This document shows, piece after piece, positions 1 through 11,980 of a stretch of 64,000 nucleotides of DNA (the stretch's first letter is position 1; each line of letters starts with the position of its first letter). Under the pieces are notes generated by a model that was not told the origin of the DNA, made no database searches, and saw only the letters and a program-made list of their open reading frames with translations. This stretch comes from Alphaproteobacteria bacterium (GTDB lineage Bacteria > Pseudomonadota > Alphaproteobacteria > MPNO01 > UBA830): NCBI GenBank assembly GCA_965243135.1, contig OZ251539.1, positions 2,176,001 to 2,240,000 on the forward strand, read 5' to 3'. A program made the position numbers and the translations under genes.

Positions 1-935
1 AGCCCCATCTTGGCAAGCTCGTCCTTGATCTCGTTGAGCGACTTGCGCCCGAAATTCGGCGTCCGCATCATGTCGTTCTCGGTCTTCTGCACGAGATCGC
101 CGATATAGATGATGTTGTCGTTCTTGAGGCAGTTCGCCGAACGAACCGAGAGCTCCATCTCCTCCACCTTCCGCAGAAGGTGCCGGTTGAGCGCGGCCTC
201 GTCCGTCTCGGGCGTGCGCTCGACGGCTTCCGGCTCCTGGGAGCTGCCGAACAGCTTCAACTGGTCCTGGAGGATGCGGGCGGCCTTCGCGACCGCGTTT
301 TCCGGCGTGACGGTGCCGTCCGTCTCGATCTCCATGATCAGCTTGTCGAGGTCCGTGCGTTGCCCGACGCGGGCGTCGTCGATCCGGTAGGCCACCCGGC
401 GAACGGGGCTGAACAAGGCATCGACGGGCAACAGCCCGATCGGCGCGTCCTCCTCCCGGCCCTCGTCCGCCTGCACGTAGCCCTTGCCGCTCTCCACCGT
501 GATTTCCATCGAGATCTTGGCGCCCTTGTCGAGCGTGCAGATGACCACGTCCGGATCGATGATTTCTATGTCGTGGGGCGCCTGGATCATGCCGGCGGTG
601 ACCGAGCCCGATTCGTTCGCGGAAAGCATCATGCGTCCGCGGCCCTCGCCGTGCTTGCGCAGCGCAAGCGACTTGAGGTTCAGGACGATATCCGTCACGT
701 CCTCGCGGACGCCGTCGATCGAGGAGAATTCGTGAAGCACGCCGTCGATCTGAACGGCGGTGACGGCCGCGCCTTCGAGCGACGACAGCAGCACGCGGCG
801 CAGCGCGTTGCCGAGCGTCATGCCGAACCCGCTCTCGAGCGGCTCCGCGGTGATCGTCGCCCGCCGCGTCGGCTCCTCGCTCGACTGAACGACGAGAGAC
901 GCCGGTAGTTCCTGCCAGTTCTTTGTGCTGACCAT
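1..935 (-). CDS. rpoA: RNA polymerase alpha subunit (3' end runs off window)
   Basis: ATG at 935; [10 protein letters not shown]...[24 protein letters not shown]; C-terminal [13 protein letters not shown]...[11 protein letters not shown]; follows rpsK. Confidence 0.97.
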   Translation of the reverse strand, partial: MVSTKNWQELPASLVVQSSEEPTRRATITAEPLESGFGMTLGNALRRVLLSSLEGAAVTAVQIDGVLHEFSSIDGVREDVTDIVLNLKSLALRKHGEGRGRMMLSANESGSVTAGMIQAPHDIEIIDPDVVICTLDKGAKISMEITVESGKGYVQADEGREEDAPIGLLPVDALFSPVRRVAYRIDDARVGQRTDLDKLIMEIETDGTVTPENAVAKAARILQDQLKLFGSSQEPEAVERTPETDEAALNRHLLRKVEEMELSVRSANCLKNDNIIYIGDLVQKTENDMMRTPNFGRKSLNEIKDELAKMG

Positions 936-988
936 AGTTCCTCTGTCCTCGCGCGGCAAAGTCCGCAAAACGTTTCGTCGGCGCGTCC

Positions 989-1381
989 TCAGACGCGGCG
1001 CCGCTTCCTGGGCCTGCACCCGTTATGCGGTATGGGAGTCACGTCGCGTATGGCGGTGATCGTGAAGCCGATGGCCTGGAGCGCCCGAAGGGCGGACTCC
1101 CGGCCCGATCCGGGTCCCTTGACCTCCACCGCGAGCGTCTTCATTCCGTGCTCCTGCGCTTTCCGGCCCACGTCCTCGCCCGCCATCTGGGCCGCGTAGG
1201 GCGTCGATTTGCGCGACCCCTTGAAGCCCTGCGAACCCGCGGACGACCAGGCGATCACGTTGCCCTGCGCATCGGAGATCGTGATCATCGTGTTGTTGAA
1301 AGTCGCGCTCACGTGCGCCACGCCGGAAGTAATGTTCTTCCTCTCGCGCCTGCGGACGCGAGCCTGCGTCTGTCTCGCCAT
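989..1381 (-). CDS. rpsK: 30S ribosomal protein S11
   Basis: [12 protein letters not shown]...RKSTPYAAQ...[12 protein letters not shown]; start reassigned to ATG 1381. Confidence 0.97.
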   Translation of the reverse strand: MARQTQARVRRRERKNITSGVAHVSATFNNTMITISDAQGNVIAWSSAGSQGFKGSRKSTPYAAQMAGEDVGRKAQEHGMKTLAVEVKGPGSGRESALRALQAIGFTITAIRDVTPIPHNGCRPRKRRRV

Positions 1382-1395
1382 GAATTCTCTCCGGG

Positions 1396-1758
1396 CTACT
1401 TCTTGCCGGCGATCGGCCGCGCCTTGCCCTTGCGGGTGCGCGCATTGGTATGCGTGCGCTGGCCGCGCACCGGCAGGCCGCGGCGATGGCGCAGTCCCCG
1501 ATAGCAACCGAGGTCCATCAGTCGCTTGATGTTCATCGCCGTCTCGCGGCGAAGATCTCCTTCTATCACGCAATCGCGGTCGATGACTTCGCGAAGCCTC
1601 GCGATTTCGGCGTCGCCGAGGTCGTTCGCGCGAACGTCGCCGGCGACGTTGGCGCGCTCGCAAATCCGGGCGGCCGTCGCCCGGCCGATGCCGTAGATGT
1701 AGGTAAGCGCGACCGCGACCGGTCGATTGGGCAGGTTCACCCCCGATATGCGCGCCAC
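1396..1758 (-). CDS. rpsM: 30S ribosomal protein S13
   Basis: ARISGVNLP...IYGIG...[28 protein letters not shown]. Confidence 0.98.
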   Translation of the reverse strand: MARISGVNLPNRPVAVALTYIYGIGRATAARICERANVAGDVRANDLGDAEIARLREVIDRDCVIEGDLRRETAMNIKRLMDLGCYRGLRHRRGLPVRGQRTHTNARTRKGKARPIAGKK

Positions 1759-1812
1759 GACGCAATCTCCCCGTCTGTCAGAATTTCCGAAAAAAGGCGA
1801 CCAGCCGACGGC

Positions 1813-1840
1813 AATATAGCGAACGCGCGGCGCTTGTCAA
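1813..1840 (-). promoter_or_regulatory. sigma70-type promoter for rpsM-rpsK-rpoA
   Basis: TTGACA (1840-1835), 16-bp spacer, TATATT (1818-1813), upstream of rpsM. Confidence 0.65.
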
Positions 1841-2493
1841 GCATCGACTTTCTCCAGCGCGGCTTCGATCTGCCGGGTCACCTCGTCGATTCCGGCCATG
1901 CCGTCCACCGAGACGAGCGTTCCGCGGCCGCGGTAATACGGCAGCAACGGCGCGGTTCGCTCGTGATACGCCGCCAGCCGGGCGGTCACCGTCCGTTCGT
2001 TGTCGTCTTCGCGCCGCAGGAATTCCGTCCCGCCGCAGGCGTCGCAAACCCCGGCCTTCGCCGGGGGCTGGAACTTGTCGTGGTATCCCGCGCCGCACGC
2101 GGCGCAGCTGTAGCGCCCGGCGATCCGTTCGACCATCGCGTCGTCGTCCACCTCCATCTCGACGACGCGGTCGAGACCGGCGCCCGCCTCCCCGAGCATG
2201 GCGTCCAGCGCCTCCGCCTGCGCCACGGTGCGCGGAAACCCGTCGAGAACGAACCCGCGGGCGCAGTCGGGCCGCCGGATGCGCTGCCGGATCATGTCGA
2301 TCATCACGTCGTCCGGCACGAGATCGCCGCGCTCCATGATCGCCTTCACGCGCGCGCCGATGCCGTCGCCCGCGGCGACGGCGCCGCGGAGCATGTCGCC
2401 CGTCGAAAGCTGGATCAGCCCGCGGCGCTCCTCCAGCCGCTTCGCCTGCGTGCCCTTGCCGGCGCCGGGCGGACCGAGAATGATCAACTTCAT
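1837..2493 (-). CDS. adk: adenylate kinase
   Basis: MKLIILGPPGAGKGTQA, LSTGDMLR, GFVLDGFPRT, Zn-lid CxxC..CxxC; ATGA overlap with secY stop. Confidence 0.97.
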   Translation of the reverse strand: MKLIILGPPGAGKGTQAKRLEERRGLIQLSTGDMLRGAVAAGDGIGARVKAIMERGDLVPDDVMIDMIRQRIRRPDCARGFVLDGFPRTVAQAEALDAMLGEAGAGLDRVVEMEVDDDAMVERIAGRYSCAACGAGYHDKFQPPAKAGVCDACGGTEFLRREDDNERTVTARLAAYHERTAPLLPYYRGRGTLVSVDGMAGIDEVTRQIEAALEKVDA

Positions 2494-3833
2494 CCGCGCC
2501 GTCCCCGCAACCGGGACTTGCGGACGAGGCCCTCGTACTGATGGGCGATCAGGTGCGACTGCACCTGCGCGACGGTGTCCATGGTGACGGTGACCACGAT
2601 GAGCAGGCTCGTTCCCCCGAAATAAAACGGCACGGCGTACTGCGAGATCAGGATCTCCGGCATGATGCTGATCGCCGTCAGGTACGCCGCCCCCACCACG
2701 GTCAGGCGGGTCAGGACGTGATCCAGATATTCCGCCGTGTTCCGACCCGGCCGTATGCCGGGAATGAAGCCGCCGTACTTTCGAAGGTTGTCGGCCGTTT
2801 CCGTCGGGTTGAAGACGACCGACGTGTAGAAAAAGGCGAAGAACACGATCAGCGCGGCGTAGATCAGCAGATAGCCCGGCTGCCCGCGCCCCAGGAAGGC
2901 GGTGACGGCGCCCAGCCATTCCGGCCCCGCGTTGGCCGAAAAGCTCGCGACGGTGATGGGAAGCAGCAGCAGGGAGCTCGCGAATATCGGCGGGATGACG
3001 CCGGCCGTGTTCACCTTGAGCGGGATGTGCGAACTCTCGCCGCCGAACATCTTGTTGCCCTGCTGGCGCTTCGGATACTGCACGACGACGCGGCGCTGCG
3101 CGCGCTCGACGAAGACGATGAACGTGATCACGGCGACCGCGAACACCAGCAGGAACAGGATCACCACCGCCGACAGGGCGCCGGTGCGGCCGAGTTCGAG
3201 CGTGCCCGCCAAGGCCGCCGGAAGGTTGGCGACGATGCCGGCGAAGATGATGAGCGAAATTCCGTTGCCCACGCCGCGCGCCGTGATCTGCTCGCCGAGC
3301 CACATCAGGAAGATGGTGCCGCCGACCAGCGTGATGACCGTGGTCGCCCGGAAGAAGGCGCCGGGATCCGCGACCGCGGACCCTTGCGAACCGGTCATGC
3401 CCTCCAGCCCGACCGCGATGCCGTAAGCCTGGAGCGCGGCGAGCAGCACCGTCCCGTAGCGGGTGTACTGGTTGAGTTTCTTGCGGCCGACCTCGCCCTC
3501 CTTCTTGAGCGCCTCGAAATGAGGGTGGATGGCCTGCAGCAGCTGCATGATGATCGCCGCCGAAATGTACGGCATGATGTTGAGCGCGAAAATCGTCATG
3601 CGGCCGAACGCGCCGCCGGCGAACATGTCGAACATGCCGAGGATTCCGCCGGCCTGCTGCCGGAAGATGTCCTCCAGAATGGTCGGATCGATGCCGGGCA
3701 GCGGAATCCAGGTGCCGAGCCGGTAGACGATCAGCGCGCCCAGCGTGAACCAGATGCGCTTCTTGAGCTCGGTCGCCTTCGCCAGGTTGGAGAAGCTGAT
3801 CTGGGAAGCGAGTTGTTCGGCGGCGGACGCCAT
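2490..3833 (-). CDS. secY: preprotein translocase SecY
   Basis: IFALNIMPYISAAII, WLGEQIT.RGVGNGISLIIF, FIPGIRPG, GGTSLLIVV. Confidence 0.98.
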   Translation of the reverse strand: MASAAEQLASQISFSNLAKATELKKRIWFTLGALIVYRLGTWIPLPGIDPTILEDIFRQQAGGILGMFDMFAGGAFGRMTIFALNIMPYISAAIIMQLLQAIHPHFEALKKEGEVGRKKLNQYTRYGTVLLAALQAYGIAVGLEGMTGSQGSAVADPGAFFRATTVITLVGGTIFLMWLGEQITARGVGNGISLIIFAGIVANLPAALAGTLELGRTGALSAVVILFLLVFAVAVITFIVFVERAQRRVVVQYPKRQQGNKMFGGESSHIPLKVNTAGVIPPIFASSLLLLPITVASFSANAGPEWLGAVTAFLGRGQPGYLLIYAALIVFFAFFYTSVVFNPTETADNLRKYGGFIPGIRPGRNTAEYLDHVLTRLTVVGAAYLTAISIMPEILISQYAVPFYFGGTSLLIVVTVTMDTVAQVQSHLIAHQYEGLVRKSRLRGRRG

Positions 3834-3836
3834 GGA

Positions 3837-4319
3837 TCAGTCTCCGGCGGCGTTCTCTTGCGGCTTCGCCGTCGCGACCGTGCCGCCAGCCTTTTCGATC
3901 GCCGCGACCGCGGACCGCGAGGCGCCGGTCACTTCGACCGCCAGGGAGACCCCGATCTCGCCTTTCGCCAGCAGCCGCACTCCGTCCCGAACCGACTTGA
4001 TCACGCCGGCCTCGACCAGAGCGCTTTCGGTCACCGGAGCGCTCGCGTCCAGCCGTCCCGCGTCCACCGCCTGCTGAAGGCGGCCGACGTTGACCACGCG
4101 GTACTTCTTCCGGAAGACGTTGTTGAAGCCGCCTTTCGGCAAGCGGCGATGCAGCGGCATCTGACCGCCCTCGAAGCCCAGCAGCGAAACGCCGCTCCGC
4201 GACTTCTGGCCCTTGTGCCCGCGCGACGCGGTCTTGCCGGTGCCGGATCCGATCCCGCGGCCGACGCGCTTGCGCTGCGCGCGCGCGCCCCGATTGTCGG
4301 AAAGTTCGTTCAGTTGCAT
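3837..4319 (-). CDS. rplO: 50S ribosomal protein L15
   Basis: [27 protein letters not shown]...GFEGGQMPL; ATG 4319. Confidence 0.97.
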   Translation of the reverse strand: MQLNELSDNRGARAQRKRVGRGIGSGTGKTASRGHKGQKSRSGVSLLGFEGGQMPLHRRLPKGGFNNVFRKKYRVVNVGRLQQAVDAGRLDASAPVTESALVEAGVIKSVRDGVRLLAKGEIGVSLAVEVTGASRSAVAAIEKAGGTVATAKPQENAAGD

Positions 4320-4348
4320 TCGGAGACTCCCGCGCCGCGGCGCCTTGT

Positions 4349-4543
4349 TCACTCTCGCCCGTCTTCGACGCGGACGAGATGCTTGACCTTTTCGATCATG
4401 CCCCTGATCGCCGGGGTGTCCTCGAGCGTCCGCGTTCGGTTGAGCTTGTCGAGCCCGAGGCCGGCAAGCGTGGCCCGCTGGTCCTTCGGCCGCCCGATCG
4501 GGCTGCGGATCTGCGTGACCCGCACCGTCTTCCCGTCCGACAT
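4349..4543 (-). CDS. rpmD: 50S ribosomal protein L30
   Basis: [23 protein letters not shown]...[11 protein letters not shown]. Confidence 0.97.
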   Translation of the reverse strand: MSDGKTVRVTQIRSPIGRPKDQRATLAGLGLDKLNRTRTLEDTPAIRGMIEKVKHLVRVEDGRE

Positions 4544-4546
4544 TCG

Positions 4547-5086
4547 CTACGCCTCCGCCTTCTCTTCCTCGCGCCGGCCGAAGATCTCGGAGACCTTGCG
4601 GCCGCGGCGGCTCGCGACGTTCCGCGGCGACTGCAGGACCCGCAGCGCCTGGAAAGTCGCCTTGACCATGTTGTGGGGGTTCTGCGTGCCGATCGACTTG
4701 GCCACGATGTCCTTGACGCCCAGCGACTCGAAGACCGCGCGCATGGGACCGCCCGCGATGATGCCCGTGCCCGGCGGCGCGGACCGCAGCACCACCTTGC
4801 CGGCGCCGTATCGTCCGCGAATGTCGTGATGCAGCGTCCGTCCCTCGCGCAGAGGCACGCGGATCATGTTGCGCTTGGCTTTCTCGGTGCCCTTGCGGAT
4901 CGCCTCGGGCACCTCGCGCGCCTTGCCGGATCCGAAACCCACGCGCCCCTTCTGGTCGCCGACCACGACGAGCGCCGCGAAGCCGAACCGGCGTCCGCCC
5001 TTCACCACTTTCGCGACGCGGTTGATGCTGACCAGTTTGTCGGTCAGGTCGCTCTGTTCGTCCCGCTCGTCCCGCCTGCGCGCCAT
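4547..5086 (-). CDS. rpsE: 30S ribosomal protein S5
   Basis: [24 protein letters not shown]...GTGIIAGG. Confidence 0.98.
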   Translation of the reverse strand: MARRRDERDEQSDLTDKLVSINRVAKVVKGGRRFGFAALVVVGDQKGRVGFGSGKAREVPEAIRKGTEKAKRNMIRVPLREGRTLHHDIRGRYGAGKVVLRSAPPGTGIIAGGPMRAVFESLGVKDIVAKSIGTQNPHNMVKATFQALRVLQSPRNVASRRGRKVSEIFGRREEEKAEA

Positions 5087-5097
5087 CCGTCGCTCCC

Positions 5098-5448
5098 CTA
5101 GAAAATCAGCCCGCCTTCGCGCGCCGCCTCGGCCAGCGCCTTGACGCGGCCGTGATACAGATACGGGCCGCGATCGAACACGACCTCCGTCACCCCCTTT
5201 TCGACCGCCCGCTGGGCGACGAGGCGGCCGACCGCCGCCGCCGCTTCGCGATTGGCCCCGCCTTCCAGACTCTTTTCGAGATTGGACGCGAACGCAACCG
5301 TCTCGCCCTTCGAATCGTCGATGACCTGAGCGTAGATGTAGCGGTTCGACCTGAATACCGAAAGCCGCAACCGGCCGCTCGCGTTGCGCGCGATGCGCCG
5401 CCGCACCCGGGCGCCGCGCCGGGCCTTCAGCTCGTGTTCCCTTGCCAT
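5098..5448 (-). CDS. rplR: 50S ribosomal protein L18
   Basis: [18 protein letters not shown]...[18 protein letters not shown]. Confidence 0.97.
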   Translation of the reverse strand: MAREHELKARRGARVRRRIARNASGRLRLSVFRSNRYIYAQVIDDSKGETVAFASNLEKSLEGGANREAAAAVGRLVAQRAVEKGVTEVVFDRGPYLYHGRVKALAEAAREGGLIF

Positions 5449-5449
5449 C

Positions 5450-5983
5450 CTACTTCTTCTTGCCTTCCTTGCGCAGCACGAACTCGTCCAGATAACGGAC
5501 TCCCTTGCCCTTGTACGGCTCCGGCTTGCGAAAACCGCGGATCTCGGCTGCGACCTGTCCGACCTTCTGGCGGTCGGCGCCCGTGACCACGACCTCCGTC
5601 TGGCTCGGCGCGTCGATGCCGATCCCTTCCGGCGCCGGGTAAAGGATTTCGTGGCTGTAGCCGAGCTGCAGCGCGAGGGTCCCGCCGCGCATCTGCGCCC
5701 GGTACCCGACGCCGACCAGTTGAAGCCGCCGCTCGAATCCCCGGGACACGCCCACGACGAGGTTGTCGACGAGGCTGCGCGTGGTGCCCCACATGGTGCG
5801 CGAGCGCTTGGACTCGCCGATCGGCCTGACCTTCAGGAGGTTGTCCTCGCGCGTCACGTTCACCGCCTCGTCATGGTCCATCGACAACTCGCCCAGCCGT
5901 CCCTTGGCGGTGATCGTCCGTCCTTCGATCCGGACGTCGACTCCCTCGGGTATCTCGACGGGCGCCAGCCCCACTCGCGACAT
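5450..5983 (-). CDS. rplF: 50S ribosomal protein L6
   Basis: MSRVG...GVGYRA...[13 protein letters not shown]. Confidence 0.98.
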   Translation of the reverse strand: MSRVGLAPVEIPEGVDVRIEGRTITAKGRLGELSMDHDEAVNVTREDNLLKVRPIGESKRSRTMWGTTRSLVDNLVVGVSRGFERRLQLVGVGYRAQMRGGTLALQLGYSHEILYPAPEGIGIDAPSQTEVVVTGADRQKVGQVAAEIRGFRKPEPYKGKGVRYLDEFVLRKEGKKK

Positions 5984-6001
5984 GGCTATTCTCCCGGTCC
6001 G

Positions 6002-6400
6002 CTAGAAGACATCGCAGATGACCTCGCCGCCGACGTTGGCGGCGCGCGCCTCGCTGTCCGACATGACCCCGCTGGGCGTCGACAGGATGGAAATCCCGAG
6101 CCCGTTATAGACCCGCGGCAGATCGCGGATCTTCGAATACACCCTGCGGCCCGGCTTCGAGACGCGCTGAATGTGACGGATGACCGGCGCGCCTTCGTGG
6201 TACTTGAGCTCGATCCGCACCTGGTTGATTCCCGGCCTGATCTGCTCGGTCTGGTAGCCGCGGATATAGCCTTCGCGCTTCAGGACGTCGAGGACGTTGA
6301 CGCGGAGTTTCGAACTCGGCGACGTCACGGCCGACTTGCTGGCCCGCTGGCCGTTGCGAATGCGGGTCAGGAGATCGCCGATGGGATCCGTCATGCTCAT
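6002..6400 (-). CDS. rpsH: 30S ribosomal protein S8
   Basis: [14 protein letters not shown]...SKPGRRVY...[13 protein letters not shown]. Confidence 0.98.
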   Translation of the reverse strand: MSMTDPIGDLLTRIRNGQRASKSAVTSPSSKLRVNVLDVLKREGYIRGYQTEQIRPGINQVRIELKYHEGAPVIRHIQRVSKPGRRVYSKIRDLPRVYNGLGISILSTPSGVMSDSEARAANVGGEVICDVF

Positions 6401-6407
6401 CGCCGCC

Positions 6408-6713
6408 TCACCAGCTCGATTTCACCATCCCCGGAATCTGTCCGGAGGACGCCAGTTCCCGCAGCGCGATGCGGGACATCTTGAACTTCCGGTAGACGCC
6501 CCTCGGCCGTCCGGTGATCCCGCAGCGGTTGCGCAAGCGCACCGCCGCCGAGTTCCGCGGCAGTTCGGACAGCTTCAGGCGAGCCTGAAAGCGCTCCTCC
6601 ATGGGCCGGTCGCGATCGTTGGCGATTTCCTTCAGCCGCTGGCGCTTGGCGCGAAGCCTGGCCGCCATGCGGCGGCGCTTGCCGTCCCGCTCGATGACGC
6701 TTTTCTTGGCCAT
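6408..6713 (-). CDS. rpsN: 30S ribosomal protein S14 (101-aa, non-Zn form)
   Basis: MAKKS...[14 protein letters not shown]...[11 protein letters not shown]. Confidence 0.97.
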   Translation of the reverse strand: MAKKSVIERDGKRRRMAARLRAKRQRLKEIANDRDRPMEERFQARLKLSELPRNSAAVRLRNRCGITGRPRGVYRKFKMSRIALRELASSGQIPGMVKSSW

Positions 6714-6720
6714 GCAATCC

Positions 6721-7266
6721 TCACTGTTCCGTGAACGGAAAATTGAAACCCTTAAGCAGCGCGCGCGCCGGCTCGTCCGAGTCGGCGGTCGTGCACACGA
6801 CGATGTCCATCCCCCGGAACTCGTCGACAGAGTCGTAGTCGATCTCGGGGAAGACGATCTGTTCGCGGATGCCCATCGCGTAGTTGCCGCGGCCGTCGAA
6901 GCTGTTCGGAGAAAGCCCGCGGAAATCGCGGACCCGCGGCAGCGCGACGTTGACGAGCCGGTCGACGAACTCGTACATGCGTTCGCGGCGCAAGGTCGCC
7001 TTGACGCCGATCGGCATTCCCTGGCGCAGCTTGAACGTCGCGACGGACCGCCGGGCGCGGATGACGATCGGCTTCTGGCCGGCGATGGCGGCCATGTCGC
7101 GCGCCGCGTTGTCGACCTTCTTGGAATCGCCCACGGCGCCGCCGACCCCCATGTTCAGCACGACCTTGTCCAGACGCGGCACCCGCATCGGGTTCTCGTA
7201 GCCGAACCGCTCCTGCAGCGCGCCGCGCAGCTCGGTTTCGTAAACCTGTCGCAATCGGGCCGTCAT
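6721..7266 (-). CDS. rplE: 50S ribosomal protein L5
   Basis: [14 protein letters not shown]...GQKP...LPRVRDFRG...FDGRGNY. Confidence 0.98.
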   Translation of the reverse strand: MTARLRQVYETELRGALQERFGYENPMRVPRLDKVVLNMGVGGAVGDSKKVDNAARDMAAIAGQKPIVIRARRSVATFKLRQGMPIGVKATLRRERMYEFVDRLVNVALPRVRDFRGLSPNSFDGRGNYAMGIREQIVFPEIDYDSVDEFRGMDIVVCTTADSDEPARALLKGFNFPFTEQ

Positions 7267-7276
7267 CGCGCGCTCC

Positions 7277-7591
7277 TCAATCGATTATCTCGCCCGAGCG
7301 CTTGGAGAACCTGACCTTGCGGCCGTCCTCGAGCGTGCGAAATCCGACCCGCGCGGGCGCGCCATCGGCCGGATCGACGAGCGACACGTTGGACAGGTGA
7401 ATCGGCATTTCCTTCTCCACGATGCCGCCCTGCTGCGTCTGGGTCTGCCGCTGATGCCGCTTCGCCACGTGGACCCCCTGCACGAGCGCACGCTCTTCCG
7501 CCGGCATCACCTTCAGCACGTTGCCCGTCTTCCCCTTGTCGCGTCCGGCGATCACGACGACCGTGTCGCCCTTCCTGATTCGCGCCGCCAT
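7277..7591 (-). CDS. rplX: 50S ribosomal protein L24
   Basis: [17 protein letters not shown] (KOW), EMPIHLSNV; ATG 7591. Confidence 0.97.
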   Translation of the reverse strand: MAARIRKGDTVVVIAGRDKGKTGNVLKVMPAEERALVQGVHVAKRHQRQTQTQQGGIVEKEMPIHLSNVSLVDPADGAPARVGFRTLEDGRKVRFSKRSGEIID

Positions 7592-7593
7592 CT

Positions 7594-7962
7594 CTATATG
7601 ACCTCGGGCGCGAGCGAGACGATCTTCATGTATCGCCTGGCTCGCAATTCGCGCGTGACCGGCCCGAAGATGCGCGTTCCGATCGGCTCGTTCGCGTTGT
7701 TCAGCAGCACCGCCGCGTTGCGGTCGAACCTGATCGAGGTCCCGTCCTCGCGATGGATTTCCTTGGCCGTGCGAACGATGACGGCGCGGTGCACGTCGCC
7801 CTTCTTCACGCGTCCGCGCGGTATCGACTCCTTGACCGTCACCACGATCACGTCGCCGACCGTCGCCCAGCGGCGCTTCGAACCGCCCAGGACCCGGATG
7901 CACTGGACGCGCCGGGCGCCGGAATTGTCCGCGACGTCGAGACTGGATTCGGGGATGATCAT
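7594..7962 (-). CDS. rplN: 50S ribosomal protein L14
   Basis: VADNSGAR...[13 protein letters not shown]...KIVSLAPEV; ATG 7962. Confidence 0.98.
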   Translation of the reverse strand: MIIPESSLDVADNSGARRVQCIRVLGGSKRRWATVGDVIVVTVKESIPRGRVKKGDVHRAVIVRTAKEIHREDGTSIRFDRNAAVLLNNANEPIGTRIFGPVTRELRARRYMKIVSLAPEVI

Positions 7963-8204
7963 CGGTCGGCCCCCTCCCCGAAGACCACCTCCCACGTCTT
8001 CGCCTTCGACACGGGAGCGCACTCGCGGATGCGGACCGATTCGCCCTGCCTGCACCTGTTCTCGGGATCGTGGGCCGCGAATTTCTTCGACCGCTGCACG
8101 ATCTTCTTGTACAGCGGATGCCGGACCTGGCGGTCGACCCGGACGATCACGGTCTTGTCCGGCTTGTCGGAAACCACGGTTCCCCGGAGTACGCGTCTGG
8201 GCAT
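7959..8204 (-). CDS. rpsQ: 30S ribosomal protein S17
   Basis: [14 protein letters not shown]...HPLYKK...AHD...[11 protein letters not shown]. Confidence 0.97.
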   Translation of the reverse strand: MPRRVLRGTVVSDKPDKTVIVRVDRQVRHPLYKKIVQRSKKFAAHDPENRCRQGESVRIRECAPVSKAKTWEVVFGEGADR

Positions 8205-8212
8205 GTCGTCTC

Positions 8213-8416
8213 CTATGACCCGGCCGCGAGGCGGCGTTCGTTGATGATCGTGCTTATGCGCGCGATGTCGCGCCGCACGCGGCGCACCCTCGCGGTCGAT
8301 TCGAGTTGCCCGGAGGCCCTCTGGAAGCGCAGATTGAGCCGCTCGCGCTTCAGGGCCTGCAGTTCGTCCATCAGCTCGTCGTCGGTCTTTTGGCGCAGGT
8401 CGGCGGCGATCGTCAT
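8213..8416 (-). CDS. rpmC: 50S ribosomal protein L29
   Basis: [12 protein letters not shown]...[11 protein letters not shown]. Confidence 0.96.
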   Translation of the reverse strand: MTIAADLRQKTDDELMDELQALKRERLNLRFQRASGQLESTARVRRVRRDIARISTIINERRLAAGS

Positions 8417-8420
8417 CGTC

Positions 8421-8837
8421 TCAGCTCCCCGCCAGGCGCGCCACGACCCGCGTCCGGATCGGCAGCTTCGCGGCGGCGAGTTCCAGCGCGATCTGCGCCA
8501 CCTCTTCCGTGACGCCGTCGATCTCGAACATGATCCGGCCCGGCTTGACGCGCGCCGCCCAGTATTCCGGCGTCCCCTTGCCCTTGCCCTGCCGCACCTC
8601 CGCCGGTTTCTGGGAGACCGGCACGTCGGGAAAGATGCGTATCCACACCCGCCCCGAACGCCGCATGTGGCGGGTGATGGCGCGGCGCGAGGCTTCGATC
8701 TGGCGCGCGGTCACGCGGCCCGGCGCGAGCGCCTTGAGGCCGAACGAGCCGAAGTTCAGCGTCGTCGCGCCCTTGGCCTTGCCCCTGATCCGCCCCTTGT
8801 GCGCCTTGCGGAACCTGGTTTTCTTCGGTGCCAGCAT
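8421..8837 (-). CDS. rplP: 50S ribosomal protein L16
   Basis: [15 protein letters not shown]...QIEASRRA...[12 protein letters not shown]. Confidence 0.98.
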   Translation of the reverse strand: MLAPKKTRFRKAHKGRIRGKAKGATTLNFGSFGLKALAPGRVTARQIEASRRAITRHMRRSGRVWIRIFPDVPVSQKPAEVRQGKGKGTPEYWAARVKPGRIMFEIDGVTEEVAQIALELAAAKLPIRTRVVARLAGS

Positions 8838-8849
8838 CCTTCCGAATCC

Positions 8850-9530
8850 CTAGCGGCTCACCTGCTGTTCCTGCGACCGCCGATCCTGGGCCATGGGGTC
8901 GTGCGAGAGGATCTCGCCCTTGAAGACCCAAACCTTCACGCCGCACGTTCCGTAGGTGGTGTGGGCGGTGGCGATTCCGTAATCGACGTCGGCGCGGAGC
9001 GTATGCAGCGGAACGCGGCCTTCCCGATACCACTCGGTGCGGGCGATCTCGGCCCCGCCCAGGCGTCCCGCGCAATTGATGCGGATGCCGTCGGCGCCGA
9101 GGCGGATGGCCGACTGCACGGCGCGCTTCATGGCGCGGCGGAACGTGACGCGGCGCTCGAGCTGCTGGGCGATGTTCTCGGCGACCAGCTTGGCGTCGAC
9201 TTCCGGTTTCCTGATCTCGACGATGTTGAGGTGAATTTCGCTTCGGGTCAGCTCCGAGACGTCGCGGCGGAGCTTCTCGATGTCGGCGCCCTTCTTGCCG
9301 ATCACGACGCCGGGCCGCGCCGAATGGATGGTCACGCGGGCCTTCTTGGCCGGCCGCTCGATGACCACCTTGCTGATGCCCGCCTGCGACAGCCGGCCGA
9401 GGAGGAACTCGCGCAGCTTGATGTCCTCGTGCAGGAGGTCGGCGTACTGGCCGTCGTTGGCGAACCAGCGCGAATCCCAGGTTCTGTTGATGCCGAGGCG
9501 CAGCCCGACCGGATTGACCTTCTGTCCCAT
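8850..9530 (-). CDS. rpsC: 30S ribosomal protein S3
   Basis: [13 protein letters not shown]...[12 protein letters not shown]...[10 protein letters not shown]. Confidence 0.98.
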   Translation of the reverse strand: MGQKVNPVGLRLGINRTWDSRWFANDGQYADLLHEDIKLREFLLGRLSQAGISKVVIERPAKKARVTIHSARPGVVIGKKGADIEKLRRDVSELTRSEIHLNIVEIRKPEVDAKLVAENIAQQLERRVTFRRAMKRAVQSAIRLGADGIRINCAGRLGGAEIARTEWYREGRVPLHTLRADVDYGIATAHTTYGTCGVKVWVFKGEILSHDPMAQDRRSQEQQVSR

Positions 9531-9910
9531 CACGCTTCCTCCCAGACTTCGCTCACCACGATCGTGAGGTTGCTGAACGGTTTGCGGATCCGGCCGACCC
9601 GGCCGCGGGCGCGGGCGCGAAGCCGCTTGATCACCAGCGACCGGCCGACGGTCGCCTCGGAAACGACGAGGCGGTCGACGTCGAGTTCGTGGTTGTTCTC
9701 CGCGTTGGCGATCGCCGCCTGCAGAACCTCCCGGACCGTGCCGGCGATGCGCTTGCGGGAGAAGCTCAGCTCGGCCAGCGCGGTTTCGACCGGCATCCCG
9801 CGGATCGACCGGGCCACGAGATTGAGCTTGCGCGGGCTGACCCGGACGTTCTTCAGAAAGGCCCGGGCCTGATGATCCTGGAGGCGGCGCATCCGCGAGA
9901 CCTTGCCCAT
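9530..9910 (-). CDS. rplV: 50S ribosomal protein L22
   Basis: [17 protein letters not shown]...AIANAENNH...RARGR. Confidence 0.97.
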   Translation of the reverse strand: MGKVSRMRRLQDHQARAFLKNVRVSPRKLNLVARSIRGMPVETALAELSFSRKRIAGTVREVLQAAIANAENNHELDVDRLVVSEATVGRSLVIKRLRARARGRVGRIRKPFSNLTIVVSEVWEEA

Positions 9911-9911
9911 G

Positions 9912-10190
9912 TCAGCCTCTTCTCGCCTTCTTGTCGGCGGCGTGGCCGTAATAGGTGCGGGTCGGCGCGAACTCGCCGAACTTGTGCCCGACCATGTTCT
10001 CCGTCACCAGAACGGGAATGTGCTTGCGGCCGTTGTGCACGCCGAAGGTCAGGCCGACGAACTGCGGCAGGATGACCGACCGCCGCGACCACGTCCGGAT
10101 GATGTCCTTGCGGCCGGACGCGCGCACCTTGTCCGCCTTCTTCAGAAGGTAGCCGTCGACGAACGGGCCTTTCCAGACTGAACGGGCCAC
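9912..10190 (-). CDS. rpsS: 30S ribosomal protein S19
   Basis: [10 protein letters not shown]...TWSRRS...[13 protein letters not shown]. Confidence 0.98.
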   Translation of the reverse strand: MARSVWKGPFVDGYLLKKADKVRASGRKDIIRTWSRRSVILPQFVGLTFGVHNGRKHIPVLVTENMVGHKFGEFAPTRTYYGHAADKKARRG

Positions 10191-10205
10191 TGCCCCTCTC
10201 CTCGC

Positions 10206-11036
10206 TTACTTCTTCTTCCGCCGCCGGCGCATGATCAACGCGTCGGACGGCTTTTTCCGGCGCGTGCGCGCGCCCTTGGTCGGCTTGCCCCAAGGCGAGA
10301 CCGGGTGGCGGCCGCCGGAGCTGCGCCCTTCGCCGCCGCCGTGCGGATGGTCGACCGGGTTCATGGCGACGCCGCGGACCTTGGGCCTCTTGCCAAGCCA
10401 GCGGTTGCGGCCGGCCTTGGCGAGATTGACGTTCTGGTTGTCCGGATTGGACACCGCGCCGACCGTCGCCATGCAGCGGGCGGGGACCATTCGGAGTTCG
10501 CCCGAGGCGAGGCGCAACTGCGCGAATCCGGAGTCCTTGCCGATCAGCTGCACGTAGGTGCCCGCCGCGCGCGCGATCTGCCCGCCGCGGCCGGGCTTCA
10601 TCTCGACGTTGTGAACGATGGTGCCGACCGGCATGTTCTCCATCGGCATCGCGTTGCCCGGCTTGATGTCGGCGCGGTCCGCCGCGATCACGACGTCGCC
10701 TTCCTTCAGCCGCTGCGGCGCGAGAATGTAGGCCTGCTCCCCGTCCTCGTAGTCGACGAGCGCGATGAAGGCGGACCGGTTCGGATCGTATTCCAGCCGC
10801 CGAACGGCGCCGGGAACCCCGAACTTCGAGCGCCTGAAGTCGATCTTCCGGTACAGCCGCTTGTGGCCGCCGCCGCGGCGACGCTGGGTGATGCGCCCCT
10901 TGTTGTTGCGGCCGCCGCTCTTGCCCTGCCCCTCGGTCAGAGCCTTCACCGGCTTGCCCTTCCACAACCCGGACCGATCGACGAGCACCAGGCCGCGCGT
11001 GGCCGGGGTCGTCGGCTTGTACTGTTTCAGCGCCAT
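10206..11036 (-). CDS. rplB: 50S ribosomal protein L2
   Basis: [10 protein letters not shown]...EYDPNRSA...[17 protein letters not shown]. Confidence 0.99.
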   Translation of the reverse strand: MALKQYKPTTPATRGLVLVDRSGLWKGKPVKALTEGQGKSGGRNNKGRITQRRRGGGHKRLYRKIDFRRSKFGVPGAVRRLEYDPNRSAFIALVDYEDGEQAYILAPQRLKEGDVVIAADRADIKPGNAMPMENMPVGTIVHNVEMKPGRGGQIARAAGTYVQLIGKDSGFAQLRLASGELRMVPARCMATVGAVSNPDNQNVNLAKAGRNRWLGKRPKVRGVAMNPVDHPHGGGEGRSSGGRHPVSPWGKPTKGARTRRKKPSDALIMRRRRKKK

Positions 11037-11359
11037 CAGATTCCCGTCGTCACGTCGAGCGAATGGCCTTCCTCGAGCGTGACGATCGCCTTCTTGTAGT
11101 CGGACCGACGGCCGGGACGGCCGCGAAAACGCTTGACCTTGCCGTTCTGGCGGATGGTGTTCACCGCTTTCACCTTGACCTTGAACAGTTCCTCGACGGC
11201 GGCCCGTATGACCGGCTTGGTCGCCGAAAGCGGAACCCGGAAGGTGACCTGGTTGAATTCCGAGCCGAGCGTGGCCTTTTCGGTGATGACCGGCGACAGA
11301 ACGACGTCGCAGGCGGACATCGGCGAAATCCTGACCGAACGATGGTACTTCCAGCTCAC
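11036..11359 (-). CDS. rplW: 50S ribosomal protein L23
   Basis: PVITEKAT...[14 protein letters not shown]...KKAIVTL; GTG start overlapping rplD stop (start uncertain). Confidence 0.95.
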   Translation of the reverse strand: MSWKYHRSVRISPMSACDVVLSPVITEKATLGSEFNQVTFRVPLSATKPVIRAAVEELFKVKVKAVNTIRQNGKVKRFRGRPGRRSDYKKAIVTLEEGHSLDVTTGI

Positions 11360-11976
11360 GACAGGCGCTCCTGCAGGTAGGCGGCCGCGTCCTTCGTGAG
11401 GACCAGCATGTTGCGCCGCAGAATGTCGTAGACGTTGACGCCCTGCTGCGGCATCACGTCGATGCCCGGCAGGTTCGCGGCGGCGCGCGCGAAATTGGCA
11501 TCCACTTCCGGGCCGGTGACGATCAGCGCGTTCCGCCAGCCGAGAGCGGCGAACTTCTCCGCGAGGTCCCGCGTCTTCGCTTCGGGCAGCGCGGCGGAGT
11601 CCAGGATGACGAGCCGGTCGTCGGCGCGCTTCCCCGACAGCGCCGACCGGAGCGCGAGCCGCCTGACCTTTTTGGGGAGCTTGTGGCCGTGGTCGCGAAC
11701 GACGGGACCGAACGACACTCCGCCGCCGCGGAACTGCGTCGCCCGCGTCGATCCCGCGCGGGCGCGTCCGGTTCCCTTCTGCCGGTAGGGCTTGGCGGTG
11801 GTGCCCCTGACTTCGCTGACGGTCTTGACCTTGTGCGTTCCGGCGCGGCGCTTCGCGAGCTGCCACCTCACCGCGCGCGCGACGAGGTCGGTCCTCACGT
11901 CGGCGCCGAAGACGGCGTCCGCAAGCTCGACGGAGCCGGCGGTTTCGTTGTCGAGCGTGAGCACGTCGAATTTCAT
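11356..11976 (-). CDS. rplD: 50S ribosomal protein L4
   Basis: [13 protein letters not shown]...[15 protein letters not shown]...FGPV. Confidence 0.98.
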   Translation of the reverse strand: MKFDVLTLDNETAGSVELADAVFGADVRTDLVARAVRWQLAKRRAGTHKVKTVSEVRGTTAKPYRQKGTGRARAGSTRATQFRGGGVSFGPVVRDHGHKLPKKVRRLALRSALSGKRADDRLVILDSAALPEAKTRDLAEKFAALGWRNALIVTGPEVDANFARAAANLPGIDVMPQQGVNVYDILRRNMLVLTKDAAAYLQERLS

Positions 11977-11980
11977 GGCG

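Noticed and set aside
1760-1840. No rpmJ/infA between adk and rpsM, and no rpsD before rpoA
   Set aside because: Normal alphaproteobacterial gene order.
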